From a virus (Duplodnaviria; Caudoviricetes): a stretch of 59,131 bases of DNA. Every line of letters begins with the position of its first letter. The stretch's first letter is position 1. The stretch lies in IMG/VR virus record IMGVR_UViG_3300022591_000009, positions 1 through 59,131 of that record. One strand, given 5' to 3'. Made by a program: the position numbers and the translations under genes. This document shows, one piece after another, positions 1-9,495 of the stretch. The notes under the pieces are model-generated. The model made no database searches and was not told the origin of the DNA. It saw only the letters and a list, made by a program, of their open reading frames with translations.

Positions 1-1
1 C

Positions 2-1555
2 CTCATTGACTTTGTAGGACAACTTGCTCTTACGGGCGCAGGAAACCACCAAGCAAACTTCTGGCTTGTTAAAAACGGCGCAACCCAAGTATCAACAGCG
101 TTTGACTCTGTTGTTTCATCTACCACTCCAACACTTACTGGTTGGACATGGCAGGTTAACGCAACTGCTAACGACTATTATGAAGTATTCTGGAACGGCG
201 ACAGCACCAACCTCTACCTTAACGCTGTATCAGCCGCATCTCCAGTTCCACAGGCAGCGGGCGCAGTTATCCGCATGTCCCAGATTAACTACCAAGGTAT
301 TCAGGGAACAGTTGGATTACAGGGAGCACAAGGTACGCAAGGAATTCAAGGCACCCAGGGAATCCAGGGTGTACAAGGAATCCAGGGTGTACAAGGAACA
401 CAAGGTATCCAAGTTCAAGGTACTCAAGGTATTCAAGGCGTACAAGGCGTTCAGGGTACTCAAGGCATCCAAGTACAAGGTACTCAAGGTGTCCAAGGAA
501 ACCAAGGAACCACAGGTATCCAGGGAACTACTGGCACTCAAGGTCTTACTGGTACACAAGGTGCGGTAGGAACTCAGGGAGCAACTGGTACACAAGGATT
601 TACAGGAAGCCAAGGAATCACGGGTACCCAAGGACTTACAGGAACGCAAGGAACACAGGGTGTTCAGGGTGTTCAGGGCGTTCAAGGACCTCAAGGTACG
701 CAAGGTGTTCAGGGTAACCAAGGAGTTCAGGGACCACAAGGAACTACTGGTATTCAAGGTCTACAAGGTCTGCAGGGAACTCAAGGATTTACTGGCGCAC
801 AAGGAACTACAGGTACCCAAGGTACAACTGGAACTCAAGGTTTTACTGGTACTCAGGGCGCTGTAGGTTCACAAGGAACCACTGGTTCACAAGGTGCACA
901 GGGTACGCAAGGTTTACAAGGCACTCAAGGTACTCAAGGTACTCAAGGTCTGCAGGGTGTTGCGGGTGACCACTACAGCACTTCCTCTACTACTTCCTTT
1001 ACCCTCAGCTCTAGTGGTACAACAACAATCACTATTGCTCAAAACTATCAGTACTCCACAGGCCAAAACATTGTGGTTGCTTACGACGCAACACATATTG
1101 TTTACGGAACTGTTACCTCCTACACGCCATCTACAGGCTCATTAACATTTAGCAATGACCGTATCGTCGGTACTGGAACATTTGCTACATGGTCAGTTAA
1201 CCTTGACGGCGCTGTCGGTATCCAGGGTGTTGTTGGTCCACAAGGTACAACAGGTGCACAAGGCACCACAGGTACTCAGGGAACTACAGGTACTCAGGGT
1301 CTTACTGGACTACAGGGACTTACAGGCTCACAAGGTACGACAGGCACACAAGGTGCTACGGGTGCTCAAGGAATTGTTGGTTCTCAAGGAACTACGGGTA
1401 CTCAAGGAACCACAGGTTTGCAGGGTACCCAGGGAATCCAAGTACAAGGTACAACAGGTTCTCAAGGTACAACTGGTACGCAAGGACTTCAAGGTATCCA
1501 GGGAACCATTGCTCCAGACTTTACAGTAATGACCTTACTGTTTAACGGTTTCTAG
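2..1555 (+). CDS. Collagen-like fibre protein (5'-partial; the frame is open from the window edge, upstream of the track's start at 275)
   Basis: Frame 2 has no stop from nt 2. It encodes a beta-rich globular segment (FWLVKNG...WQVNATANDYYEVFW), then long G-X-Q/T repeats, an internal globular domain and more G-X-Y repeats. Confidence 0.9.
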   Translation, partial: LIDFVGQLALTGAGNHQANFWLVKNGATQVSTAFDSVVSSTTPTLTGWTWQVNATANDYYEVFWNGDSTNLYLNAVSAASPVPQAAGAVIRMSQINYQGIQGTVGLQGAQGTQGIQGTQGIQGVQGIQGVQGTQGIQVQGTQGIQGVQGVQGTQGIQVQGTQGVQGNQGTTGIQGTTGTQGLTGTQGAVGTQGATGTQGFTGSQGITGTQGLTGTQGTQGVQGVQGVQGPQGTQGVQGNQGVQGPQGTTGIQGLQGLQGTQGFTGAQGTTGTQGTTGTQGFTGTQGAVGSQGTTGSQGAQGTQGLQGTQGTQGTQGLQGVAGDHYSTSSTTSFTLSSSGTTTITIAQNYQYSTGQNIVVAYDATHIVYGTVTSYTPSTGSLTFSNDRIVGTGTFATWSVNLDGAVGIQGVVGPQGTTGAQGTTGTQGTTGTQGLTGLQGLTGSQGTTGTQGATGAQGIVGSQGTTGTQGTTGLQGTQGIQVQGTTGSQGTTGTQGLQGIQGTIAPDFTVMTLLFNGF

Positions 1556-2214
1556 CGAACCCAGCACATCCCCACGTCTGCGGTTGGTCGGAGCCCTGCA
1601 ACCTTCCAGCCGCCGTCTTCCCACTCCGCTTTATTAAACGTCACCCAGTCACAAAGATGAAAAGCAATCGGAAACCACTCTGTGGGCTCTTCAAGGTGGT
1701 TGACAATAAACTGTGGTGCTACCTCTGTATAACCTAAGGAAGCCAGATACTCTAATTGGTCACAGTGCTCAGGCAAGGTAGCCTCAGTCCATTCAAACGT
1801 CAGCATCCCGTGCTTTTGTGTCATCCCTTTAAATACAAGCCACTCCCCACCCTCAACGTCAATCTTCATTAGGTCGGGCTCCCCGTACAAATCAACCAAG
1901 TGCTCAATGGTAACTGTCTTGGCAGTAATTGTTCGGTACTCTTTGCCGTTATATGGCATGTTTGGGTTGGTCAGCCATTGCTTATCTAATGTAGATAGCC
2001 CATCTTCTACGCACTCATAGAACTCAACAACGTTTCCAGTTGTGTCAGATACCGCGTAGCACAGTGGAACAACGGCTGGGTTATATATAAAGTTAGAGAC
2101 CAAAGATTTAAAAACTCTTGGGGCCGCTTCTACAGCAATAATTTTGTCAAACCCCTTGTTAAGTCCAGCAGCTACAGCGTCGCCTCTATTAGCGCCAATA
2201 TCAAACAGTAGCAT
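1552..2214 (-). CDS. FkbM-family SAM-dependent methyltransferase
   Basis: FDIGANRG motif I, AVEA, and MKIDVEGGE hallmark. Confidence 0.9.
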   Translation of the reverse strand: MLLFDIGANRGDAVAAGLNKGFDKIIAVEAAPRVFKSLVSNFIYNPAVVPLCYAVSDTTGNVVEFYECVEDGLSTLDKQWLTNPNMPYNGKEYRTITAKTVTIEHLVDLYGEPDLMKIDVEGGEWLVFKGMTQKHGMLTFEWTEATLPEHCDQLEYLASLGYTEVAPQFIVNHLEEPTEWFPIAFHLCDWVTFNKAEWEDGGWKVAGLRPTADVGMCWVR

Positions 2215-2764
2215 CTACGCCAACTCTCTTAAGATTTTCAATAACTGACGCACGGTAATCGTCAGGTAAATCGCTGTCTAACAAAACCTTGAACAACGCT
2301 TTAGACTCCTCAGCACGACCAATCCACCATCCAGCTACAGCCATTTCAAATATAAGCCCTATAGAACCAGGATAATCAAGAAGAGGGTTAGGTGCATCTG
2401 GTACAAGGTCTAACCCCAGCGATGCCCATGTGTAGCACTCTTGCCAGTTGCTTTGGCGTTCATAGAATCTAGACATAAGGAAGTACGCCTCGGGCCGTGT
2501 TTTATCTACGGTCAACGCTTGAAGTATGCAGTTACTAACTGAATGTATGCGGTCGTTTTGACTCTCAAAGCAAATAGACATTCGCAGTAACGACTCGTAC
2601 GCCAAGCTGGGGTGAGTAAGAAACCCGTACTCAGCGGTCCTTAAGTAAAAAGAAACTGCTGAGGCGCTTTGTAGCAAACTGTCGTACCTCTTGGCACAAG
2701 CAAAGTTAAGCTCTGGATTAAACGGGTCATTAGATAGGGCTACTACCAGTTCTTCAATTCCCAT
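2201..2764 (-). CDS. TPR-repeat protein
   Basis: Helical repeats (ILQALTVDKTRPEAYFLMSRFY) of the kind found beside phage glycosyltransferases. Confidence 0.65.
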   Translation of the reverse strand: MGIEELVVALSNDPFNPELNFACAKRYDSLLQSASAVSFYLRTAEYGFLTHPSLAYESLLRMSICFESQNDRIHSVSNCILQALTVDKTRPEAYFLMSRFYERQSNWQECYTWASLGLDLVPDAPNPLLDYPGSIGLIFEMAVAGWWIGRAEESKALFKVLLDSDLPDDYRASVIENLKRVGVDATV

Positions 2765-3758
2765 AAGACAACGCCTCCAAAATCATATCTTCAACAACGG
2801 CTCGAGGTGTACGCAGTACAAACGCCGCATTGTCTTGAAATCCAAAGCTAATAAGCAAGTCACCATTATGTATAGCGGCACCTGCAGCAAACTCAATACG
2901 GGCATCTAGGAAGGAGAACGGCTCAGGGCTAAGTCCTACTAAGTTGAACTGGTCATCCCAGATACAAAGGCGATGGCGGTAGATGCCGTCTTTTTGACCT
3001 AAGTAATTTTTGAATAGGTTAACCTCGTGTGTGAGAGCAATGTACATGCTGCCCCACTTAATAACTTGAGAACCTCCGCGCTGGTCAGCATTTACAGAAA
3101 GCCCAGACTCTAATGAAACTTGTACACAGCCTGGTTGCAGTGGGTCAGCCTTAACTACCTCAGTAGGAGATGTCCACTTAACGAACTGGTACTCGCGGTC
3201 AAGAATAGGCATCCAGTTTTTCTCGCAATAGGATTTGTTATCCCCTGGGGCGGGGACACGGACTCGTGACACTTCTTTAGCTGTCCAAGCGTTCTTATCC
3301 AGCTCAATCTTAGAAAGCTCCATGCGACCCTCACCGTGAGTAGTTGTATCACGGCGCACGCCAATCGCGTAGTAGTCGCCATCCCATTGAACAAGGCGAC
3401 AATCTTCTTCGCCCGTAAACTCCCAAAGCGGAGCAACGTCTAGTTTAGAGGTGTCTATTAAAGCGTGGTCAGTTAGTTCAAGGTCGGCGTTAAGGCGACA
3501 GATGTAATTAGTAGTTGCCAGCCGCTGGTCTTTTTCTGGATGCAGGTAGGACAGGGGGCCCCAGCGGCTAGGGAAGTGCTGCGTGTTTTCAGAATGGTAG
3601 AGGGTGTAGTTAACATGGCGAAGGTTGACTAAAATATCTCCATCGTCATCTACAAAGACTGATGGGTTCATTAAGCCCGTCATAGACGTAAGGCCTTGCG
3701 AGATAACTATGGGGGCCAGTTTGCCGCCGTTGGCAACAGCTCGCTGGACAAGATTCAT
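2754..3758 (-). CDS. Five-bladed beta-propeller glycoside hydrolase/phosphorylase-like protein (GH43/GH130-like)
   Basis: MNPSV, GEEDCRL, EKNWMP, RGGSQ, IEFAAG and ISFGFQD motifs. Start placed at 3758 because of a leaderless promoter. Confidence 0.7.
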   Translation of the reverse strand: MNLVQRAVANGGKLAPIVISQGLTSMTGLMNPSVFVDDDGDILVNLRHVNYTLYHSENTQHFPSRWGPLSYLHPEKDQRLATTNYICRLNADLELTDHALIDTSKLDVAPLWEFTGEEDCRLVQWDGDYYAIGVRRDTTTHGEGRMELSKIELDKNAWTAKEVSRVRVPAPGDNKSYCEKNWMPILDREYQFVKWTSPTEVVKADPLQPGCVQVSLESGLSVNADQRGGSQVIKWGSMYIALTHEVNLFKNYLGQKDGIYRHRLCIWDDQFNLVGLSPEPFSFLDARIEFAAGAAIHNGDLLISFGFQDNAAFVLRTPRAVVEDMILEALSYGN

Positions 3759-3764
3759 ATGCAC

Positions 3765-3792
3765 AGTGTATCAGGAACAAATGCCGTACCCT
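3765..3792. promoter_or_regulatory. Divergent leaderless promoter pair
   Basis: Minus-strand TACACT (3765-3770) is 6 nt before ATG 3758. Plus-strand TACCCT (3787-3792) is 7 nt before ATG 3800. Neither start has an SD. Confidence 0.65.
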
Positions 3793-3799
3793 TAAAGCT

Positions 3800-4333
3800 A
3801 TGCGTAGCTACCAGCCTGGCGGTCGATTTGACGCCAACTATGAGACCGATGCCATCCTTGACGGTATTGAGGCTGACCTCACCATACCTGTAGGAAGCTC
3901 GGTTGAGTGGTGGGTATACGACCCAACAACAACGCAGCTAGACGACATCTACGATGTTGGTAGCGTTTCAGGTGGTCGCAGATGGCGCGGACCGTTTCAT
4001 CTCCCTGTCATTAGAGCGGTCATCAATCAAGGCAATGTTCCGCAGGATGTCAAGGGCTTCTACAACTCAGATACGATTCATTTTACGATTGACGCTACTG
4101 ACGTCGAGTCCATCGTCCCTGGGGTTCTCGGCAACCCTGACCTCCAAAACCGCGGCCGCATGATTTGGCTAGGCGAAGTATTCCGCCCATACGGCGTACA
4201 GCAGGCAGGAATTATTGCCGATAGGTTTACCCTTTTACTCGTTGACTGCGTTCAGGTCATGCCTGAAGAAATGGTTAATGACCCACAGTTTGCCGCTTAC
4301 GCTTCTGGCGTACCTGATATGTTTGACCAGTAA
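3800..4333 (+). CDS. Putative head-tail adaptor/neck protein
   Basis: Position before neck and sheath genes; DDIYDVG..GRRW pattern. Confidence 0.5.
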   Translation: MRSYQPGGRFDANYETDAILDGIEADLTIPVGSSVEWWVYDPTTTQLDDIYDVGSVSGGRRWRGPFHLPVIRAVINQGNVPQDVKGFYNSDTIHFTIDATDVESIVPGVLGNPDLQNRGRMIWLGEVFRPYGVQQAGIIADRFTLLLVDCVQVMPEEMVNDPQFAAYASGVPDMFDQ

Positions 4334-4335
4334 TT

Positions 4336-4509
4336 ATGCCGTTCAAGTCTAGGCAACAAGAAAAGTGGATGTGGGCAACCCATCCTCAGATGGCAAAGCA
4401 GTGGGAAGAACACACCCCTAAAGATAAACCCCTCCCCAAGAAAGTGAGCAAGACGAATGGCAGCAAAAAAGCCAAAGCTCGGAAGCGGCGCACGCTTCGC
4501 AGCAATTGA
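4336..4509 (+). CDS. Small basic protein (MPFKSRQQEKWMWATHP...)
   Basis: 57-aa ORF read manually; not in the ORF track. Confidence 0.65.
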   Translation: MPFKSRQQEKWMWATHPQMAKQWEEHTPKDKPLPKKVSKTNGSKKAKARKRRTLRSN

Positions 4510-4636
4510 AGAAAAGGCTAAGAAGTCTGGCGCCAAGAACCCTGCGGCTGTAGCTGCAGCGGCTGGCGACAAGAAGTACGGAAAAGAAAAGATGGCCAAA
4601 ATGGCCGCTAAGGGTAAGGCGAAAGGTAAAAAGTAA
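4457..4636 (+). CDS. Small Lys/Ala-rich protein (MAAKKPKLGSGARFAA...)
   Basis: 59-aa ORF read manually; TAATG-coupled to the next gene. Confidence 0.75.
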   Translation: MAAKKPKLGSGARFAAIEEKAKKSGAKNPAAVAAAAGDKKYGKEKMAKMAAKGKAKGKK

Positions 4637-4911
4637 TGACTGACGAAACAACACCAGTAGCAGTAGATGCTACAGATGCAGCTTCTGCTGTAGAAGAGAC
4701 CGCACCTGTTGAGGCACCTGTTGCCGATGACGCTGCGCCAGTAGACGCCCCTGCAGATGACTCAGCTCCTGTAGCTGATGACTCAACAGATTCAGCCGAC
4801 GACTCAGAAGATGACTCAGCTGACGACTCAGATGACGACTGTGATTGCGATGGAGATTGCGATTGCGACGATGCTGATGAGGATGAAGATTCAGACGAGG
4901 ACGCCGAATAA
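4636..4911 (+). CDS. Highly acidic low-complexity protein
   Basis: Asp/Glu/Ala/Pro-rich with a DCDCDGDCDC motif; TAATG overlaps at both ends. Confidence 0.75.
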   Translation: MTDETTPVAVDATDAASAVEETAPVEAPVADDAAPVDAPADDSAPVADDSTDSADDSEDDSADDSDDDCDCDGDCDCDDADEDEDSDEDAE

Positions 4912-5051
4912 TGTGCGCTACCTGCGGCTGTGGTAAGCCAAAAGACAAGCACGGTCAAAAGACTCTTGCTGCTGCCAACAAGAAGTTTGCCAAGAAGGCA
5001 GCTCCTACCCCTGCTAAAAAAGCTAGCATGAACCGTAAGAAGGGCATGTAA
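4911..5051 (+). CDS. Small basic protein with N-terminal CxxCGC
   Basis: MCATCGCGKPKDKH...KKGM, 46 aa, TAATG-coupled. Confidence 0.7.
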   Translation: MCATCGCGKPKDKHGQKTLAAANKKFAKKAAPTPAKKASMNRKKGM

Positions 5052-5248
5052 TGGCTCACAACGACAAGAAGTTTGAAAAAGGCATGGACAAAAACGAGCG
5101 CAAAACCTTTGAAGCTCAAGATGAAAAGAACGACGCGACACTAGCCGCCAAGATTAAGAAAGCAGCTAAGTCCCGTAAAGCAGCAGCTCCTAAGCCAAAG
5201 CCAGAAGAGAAAAAAACAGCCGCTAAGAAAGCAGCTAAAAAGAAGTAA
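5051..5248 (+). CDS. Small Lys/Ala-rich (histone H1-tail-like) protein
   Basis: KKAAKSRKAAAPKPKPEEKKTAAKKAAKKK. Confidence 0.75.
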   Translation: MAHNDKKFEKGMDKNERKTFEAQDEKNDATLAAKIKKAAKSRKAAAPKPKPEEKKTAAKKAAKKK

Positions 5249-5253
5249 TGACT

Positions 5254-5277
5254 AAGCCCCCCGCAAGGGGGCTTTTT
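5254..5277 (+). terminator. Intrinsic terminator
   Basis: AAGCCCCCC-GCAA-GGGGGCTTTTT. Confidence 0.85.
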
Positions 5278-5355
5278 CATTTATCCTTAAAGAGTAGTCC
5301 CGTGCGGGCCTATGGCTTCACCCCTTGCGAACACCCTGCTCACCTAGGAGTTACG

Positions 5356-5493
5356 ATGGCTAATATCGTTAATGGCACACCCGAAGAGTTTGAAAAAAGC
5401 ATCTTCCAGAACCTGCCTGACGCAAGAGATAATCGTAATAACTGGCTTATGGTGACAGCGGCAGTTCTCTTGGGGAAAAAAAGCGCTAAGTGA
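5356..5493 (+). CDS. Hypothetical protein
   Basis: AGGAG SD before ATG 5356. The track's start at 5248 would run through a terminator. Confidence 0.6.
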   Translation: MANIVNGTPEEFEKSIFQNLPDARDNRNNWLMVTAAVLLGKKSAK

Positions 5494-5810
5494 GCCCATT
5501 CTCAAATAACATAGACATTACCGCTAAGGAAGTAGCTTCAACCCTTACGGGTCTTTTCCGTACCCATGCAACTTCAATGGGCTGGCCTTCAGAATCAGCT
5601 CGACAGGTTCATGTTCGGTATAAAGAGGGAAACTTAGACTACGACGTAAACACTCCTGCTATTAAAGAAGTTGATGACCTAGAGTACGGCTCCCTAGGAA
5701 ACCCACCACTTCCCGCTATGCGCACCTTTAAGGCAACCGCAGACTCAATCGTTAGCGATGTAATGGGCGATGCTTGGAGCACCTACCTCTTCGGAGATGG
5801 GAACCTCTAA
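5490..5810 (+). CDS. Putative neck/tail-completion protein (HK97 gp10-like)
   Basis: DLEYG...PPLPAMR motif; synteny. Confidence 0.55.
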   Translation: MSPFSNNIDITAKEVASTLTGLFRTHATSMGWPSESARQVHVRYKEGNLDYDVNTPAIKEVDDLEYGSLGNPPLPAMRTFKATADSIVSDVMGDAWSTYLFGDGNL

Positions 5811-6439
5811 TGTTTATCCTACGTGAAGACGCTGCTCTCAAAGCCTGGATTCAAGGGCTAACCGTATCTGACGGCAAGAGCTCTATGCGTCCTGTTCAGG
5901 TCTGGTTCACCATGCCAGATATTGAAGTCCGTAGCCAGACCTACCCTTTTATTACCATTGACCTTGTAGATATCCGTCAAGCAACTGACCGTCAAATGAC
6001 AGGTAACCTCTACGACAACGATAAGAACGGCGCAGTGGCTCCTGAGACAGGCGTTATTTACAGCTACGAGTACCCAGTTACTTATGACCTTTACTATCAA
6101 ATCACTACTTACGCACGTCATCCTCGCCATGACCGCGCAATCCTTAATGCTTTTATGAAGTTCCTAACACCAGGAAAATATGGTCATCTGCCTCTTCCGA
6201 ACGAATATGGCACAGACAACACCAATACAACTTACGAGTGGCGCCACATGTTTGTGGAAGGCTTCGCTAAGCGCGACACCATTGAAGAAGGTCGTCGCTT
6301 GTTTAGAAACACCATAACTGTCCGCGTGCTAACTGAGCTTACTCAGGAAGCTGCAAACAACGCTCTGTACAACGTACAGGAAGTGGACATCACGACAACC
6401 CCATCGAACATCCCGTCCGACTACATCCCCGTCCAATAA
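5810..6439 (+). CDS. Tail terminator/completion protein
   Basis: YPFITIDL and YDLYYQIT motifs; directly upstream of the sheath gene. Confidence 0.65.
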   Translation: MFILREDAALKAWIQGLTVSDGKSSMRPVQVWFTMPDIEVRSQTYPFITIDLVDIRQATDRQMTGNLYDNDKNGAVAPETGVIYSYEYPVTYDLYYQITTYARHPRHDRAILNAFMKFLTPGKYGHLPLPNEYGTDNTNTTYEWRHMFVEGFAKRDTIEEGRRLFRNTITVRVLTELTQEAANNALYNVQEVDITTTPSNIPSDYIPVQ

Positions 6440-6474
6440 TAGGCCCCACAAGAAAACCCAACTAAGGAGATAAA

Positions 6475-7995
6475 ATGGCAGTTTACCAACGGCCAGGTGT
6501 CTACGTTCAAGAAGTATTGAACGCAGTTCCACCTTCAGCTGGAGCTACCACAACGACTTACGGTGCCTTCCTTGGCGCTATCAATCGTGGTCCGCTCACA
6601 CCAACAGTAATTTCTCGCTGGTCAGATTTCGTAAACCTTTACGGAAACTGGGCATCAGATTCAACCGACACCCTTCGCATGGCAGTGCGCTCATTCCTCA
6701 TTGACAACAATGGCGGAACTTGCGTTGTCCAGCGCGTATTGGGTTCAGGTGCAGTAGCAGCTAACTTGTCAGTTTATGACAGCTCAGGAACCAACGGAGC
6801 AGCTGGTACAACTACAACCCTTACCATCACAGCAGCTAACCCAGGTGCATGGGGTAACAATGTCTACGTAGATATTGTTAAGCCGACACCTACAGCAGCA
6901 ACCTTTACCCTCGTAGTTCACTATGGTGGTTCAACCTCTTCTCAGATTGTAGAGACCTGGCCTGACCTTTCAATGTCAGTATCAGATTCTCGTTATGCTT
7001 TGAAGATTGTTAACAGCGGTTCTAAGTATGTTACTTTAACCAACCTTAACGACAACGCGTCCTCTCCAGCAAACGTACCTGCAACTATCAACGGAGCACC
7101 TTTGTCAAGTGGTGCAGACGCAACAGGTGGTCAAGCTGAAGCTGACATTGTTGCAGCTGTTTCAGCGTTTGATGCTGTTCAGAACTCTTTGGTTCTTAAT
7201 GCCCCAGGAGTTGTTGGAGCTACAAACGTTAACGCTTTGCTTACATATGCAGCAGCTCGTACTGACGTGTTTGTAGTAATTGACCCAATTGTTGACACCG
7301 TTGCTAATCAGCTGACTCGTGCAGCTGCCTACACCGCCTCTTCATTTGGAGCTGTCTACTACCCTCAAATCGTAATCGCAGACCCAACAACAACCTCTCC
7401 AGGAGTAACTCGTTCTATCAATCCTGGCGGAGCAGTAGTTGCCCAGTACTTGGTTACAGATGCTATCGCTGGCCCTTACAAGGCTCCAGCTGGTATCAAG
7501 ACCCGCATCGGCGGCGCAGTATCAGTGTTAGCAATCTCTAACTCTGACCTTGATTCTATGAACAGCGCAGCAGCCCCAGTCAACGCTATCCGTTATGTAA
7601 ACGGCGCTGGCATTGTCATCATGGGTGCTCGTACCCTCAAGCAGGGATACGTTGACCGCTACGTTCCAGTACGTCGTTCTCTTATCTACTTGGAGAAGAC
7701 CCTTACTGACATTACCCGCTTTGCTATCTTTGAGCCAAACGATGCTCGTTTGTATCGTCAGCTCAAGGCAACTGTAGGTAACTTCCTCACAGACTACTGG
7801 CGTCAGGGTGGCCTTCGTGGTACATCAGCTGCTGAAGCCTTCTACGTAATCTGTGACAGCACTAACAACACCATCACTTCAATCGATAACGGCGAAGTCC
7901 ACATCGATGTTGGTGTTTCACTACAGCGCCCATCAGAGTTTGTCGTCATTCGCATTGCGCAATTTGACGGCGGCGTAACAGTCACCACAGCATAA
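6475..7995 (+). CDS. Contractile tail sheath protein
   Basis: RPGVYVQE N-terminus, GARTL, YVPVRR, FEPND, AFYVICD, PSEFVVIRI. Confidence 0.95.
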   Translation: MAVYQRPGVYVQEVLNAVPPSAGATTTTYGAFLGAINRGPLTPTVISRWSDFVNLYGNWASDSTDTLRMAVRSFLIDNNGGTCVVQRVLGSGAVAANLSVYDSSGTNGAAGTTTTLTITAANPGAWGNNVYVDIVKPTPTAATFTLVVHYGGSTSSQIVETWPDLSMSVSDSRYALKIVNSGSKYVTLTNLNDNASSPANVPATINGAPLSSGADATGGQAEADIVAAVSAFDAVQNSLVLNAPGVVGATNVNALLTYAAARTDVFVVIDPIVDTVANQLTRAAAYTASSFGAVYYPQIVIADPTTTSPGVTRSINPGGAVVAQYLVTDAIAGPYKAPAGIKTRIGGAVSVLAISNSDLDSMNSAAAPVNAIRYVNGAGIVIMGARTLKQGYVDRYVPVRRSLIYLEKTLTDITRFAIFEPNDARLYRQLKATVGNFLTDYWRQGGLRGTSAAEAFYVICDSTNNTITSIDNGEVHIDVGVSLQRPSEFVVIRIAQFDGGVTVTTA

Positions 7996-8009
7996 GGAGA
8001 TAGAAAACA

Positions 8010-8675
8010 ATGGCATCAGCAGATATCACTAAAGATGTTACGCGGTGGGGCTCGTACGCAACAGACCCATTACGTAACTTCCGATTCTACGTTGAGTTCT
8101 TGCCTGCTTCAAACGGCGGCACTTACTTCAACTCACAGACCACAGCAGCTACAACAGGCTTCTCAGGAGGCTTTACTAGCGTCTCTGGTCTAACTATCAA
8201 TACCTCGTCAATCGCTTACCGTGAAGGTGGTTACAACACCACTGTTCACCAGATTCCAGGTATGACTACCTTCAACCCTATCGTGCTTAGCCGCGGTATG
8301 GTCTACGGCCAAGACCAAGCAATCACCTGGATGCGTGCGCTTTTCTCAGCGACATCTGGCGGCGGCTTGTCTATCGGTTCAGGTAAGGACTTCCGTCTTG
8401 ACTTGAACATCTACGTCAATGACCACCCAGCATCAGCGTCTGCACCAACACCTGGAGGAACTGGCTCTAACACTCCTCGCGTTATGTTCCGTGTACACAA
8501 TGCTTGGATTTCATCATTGACCTACAACGACCTTAACGGTACTGACAACAACATCTTGTTTGAGGGCATGTCTCTCGTACACGAAGGCTTGTCTGTCTTC
8601 TACACCGATTCAAACGGTGACCCAGTAACAGGTCAAACAGCAGTAGCCGTACCCACCTCAGTAACACTTTCCTAA
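8010..8675 (+). CDS. Tail tube protein (T4 gp19-like)
   Basis: DPLRNFRF, GFTSVSGL, YREGG, IVLSRG, NAW, LVHEG. Confidence 0.92.
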   Translation: MASADITKDVTRWGSYATDPLRNFRFYVEFLPASNGGTYFNSQTTAATTGFSGGFTSVSGLTINTSSIAYREGGYNTTVHQIPGMTTFNPIVLSRGMVYGQDQAITWMRALFSATSGGGLSIGSGKDFRLDLNIYVNDHPASASAPTPGGTGSNTPRVMFRVHNAWISSLTYNDLNGTDNNILFEGMSLVHEGLSVFYTDSNGDPVTGQTAVAVPTSVTLS

Positions 8676-8697
8676 TAGGTAACAAGGAGCAAAACTC

Positions 8698-9495
8698 GTG
8701 ACACAAATTACAGACGCAGCAACAATTAACCGCTTGTCTGAACAGATTGGCTTAGAGTCCCCAGCGGCCCCAGTAGCAGTAGCTACTGAGGCTCCTGCGG
8801 ATAACCGAGTCTTTCTTCCAGGTGGGTACGTTAAAGCTGATGGCACATTAGTCAAGTACGTAGAGGTACGTGAGCTAAATGGTTTAGATGAAGAGGCTAT
8901 TGCCAAATCGGGCGGAACCGCTAAAGCTCTTTTAACAATCTTGTCTCGTGGCCTTGTCGCCATTGACGGAGAGCGTCCTACCAAAGAGGACTTGGAAGCT
9001 CTTCTATCTGGCGACAGGGACGCAATCATGCTGGGTATCCGAAAGGTTACTTTTGGAAACACGGCAGATATGCGCTTCTACTGCCCAACTTGCAACGACC
9101 AACGTGTCTTTAAAGTTGATTTGGCAGCAGACGTAGAGATTAAGGAACTGGAGAACCCAGTAGAAGACCGCTCATGGATTAAAACCATTAAGCAGGGAGA
9201 TGTTCGACTAGCTCTGCCTACTGGTGTTACCCAGCGCAAGGTAATGGAAGCAACCGACAAGACAACAGCAGAGCTCAACACTCTCATCTTGTCAGGCTGT
9301 GTTCTATCTGTTAACGGACTTCCTACAACTCCAGCAACTGTATTGAACTTAGGAATTGCAGACCGTGATGCTCTTATCGTAGACATCATGGAACGTAATC
9401 CAGGACCTCGCCTCATGGAGGTGACAAAGGCCTGTGAGGCATGTGGAAACGACGTAGAACTTCCACTCAGCCTGGCCGCTTTGTTTCGACTATAA
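8698..9495 (+). CDS. Tail assembly chaperone / baseplate-hub assembly protein
   Basis: VRELNGLDEE, LLSGDRDAIMLGIR and two CxxC motifs; lies between tube and tape measure genes. Confidence 0.75.
   Translation: MTQITDAATINRLSEQIGLESPAAPVAVATEAPADNRVFLPGGYVKADGTLVKYVEVRELNGLDEEAIAKSGGTAKALLTILSRGLVAIDGERPTKEDLEALLSGDRDAIMLGIRKVTFGNTADMRFYCPTCNDQRVFKVDLAADVEIKELENPVEDRSWIKTIKQGDVRLALPTGVTQRKVMEATDKTTAELNTLILSGCVLSVNGLPTTPATVLNLGIADRDALIVDIMERNPGPRLMEVTKACEACGNDVELPLSLAALFRL

Noticed and set aside
24-1529. Track ORFs in other frames over the collagen gene (24..569, 317..757, 660..866, 894..1145, 1155..1529)
   Set aside because: Shadow frames created by the G-X-Y codon periodicity.
5248-5355. N-terminal extension of ORF 5248..5493
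   Set aside because: It spans a terminator hairpin; the SD-supported start is 5356.
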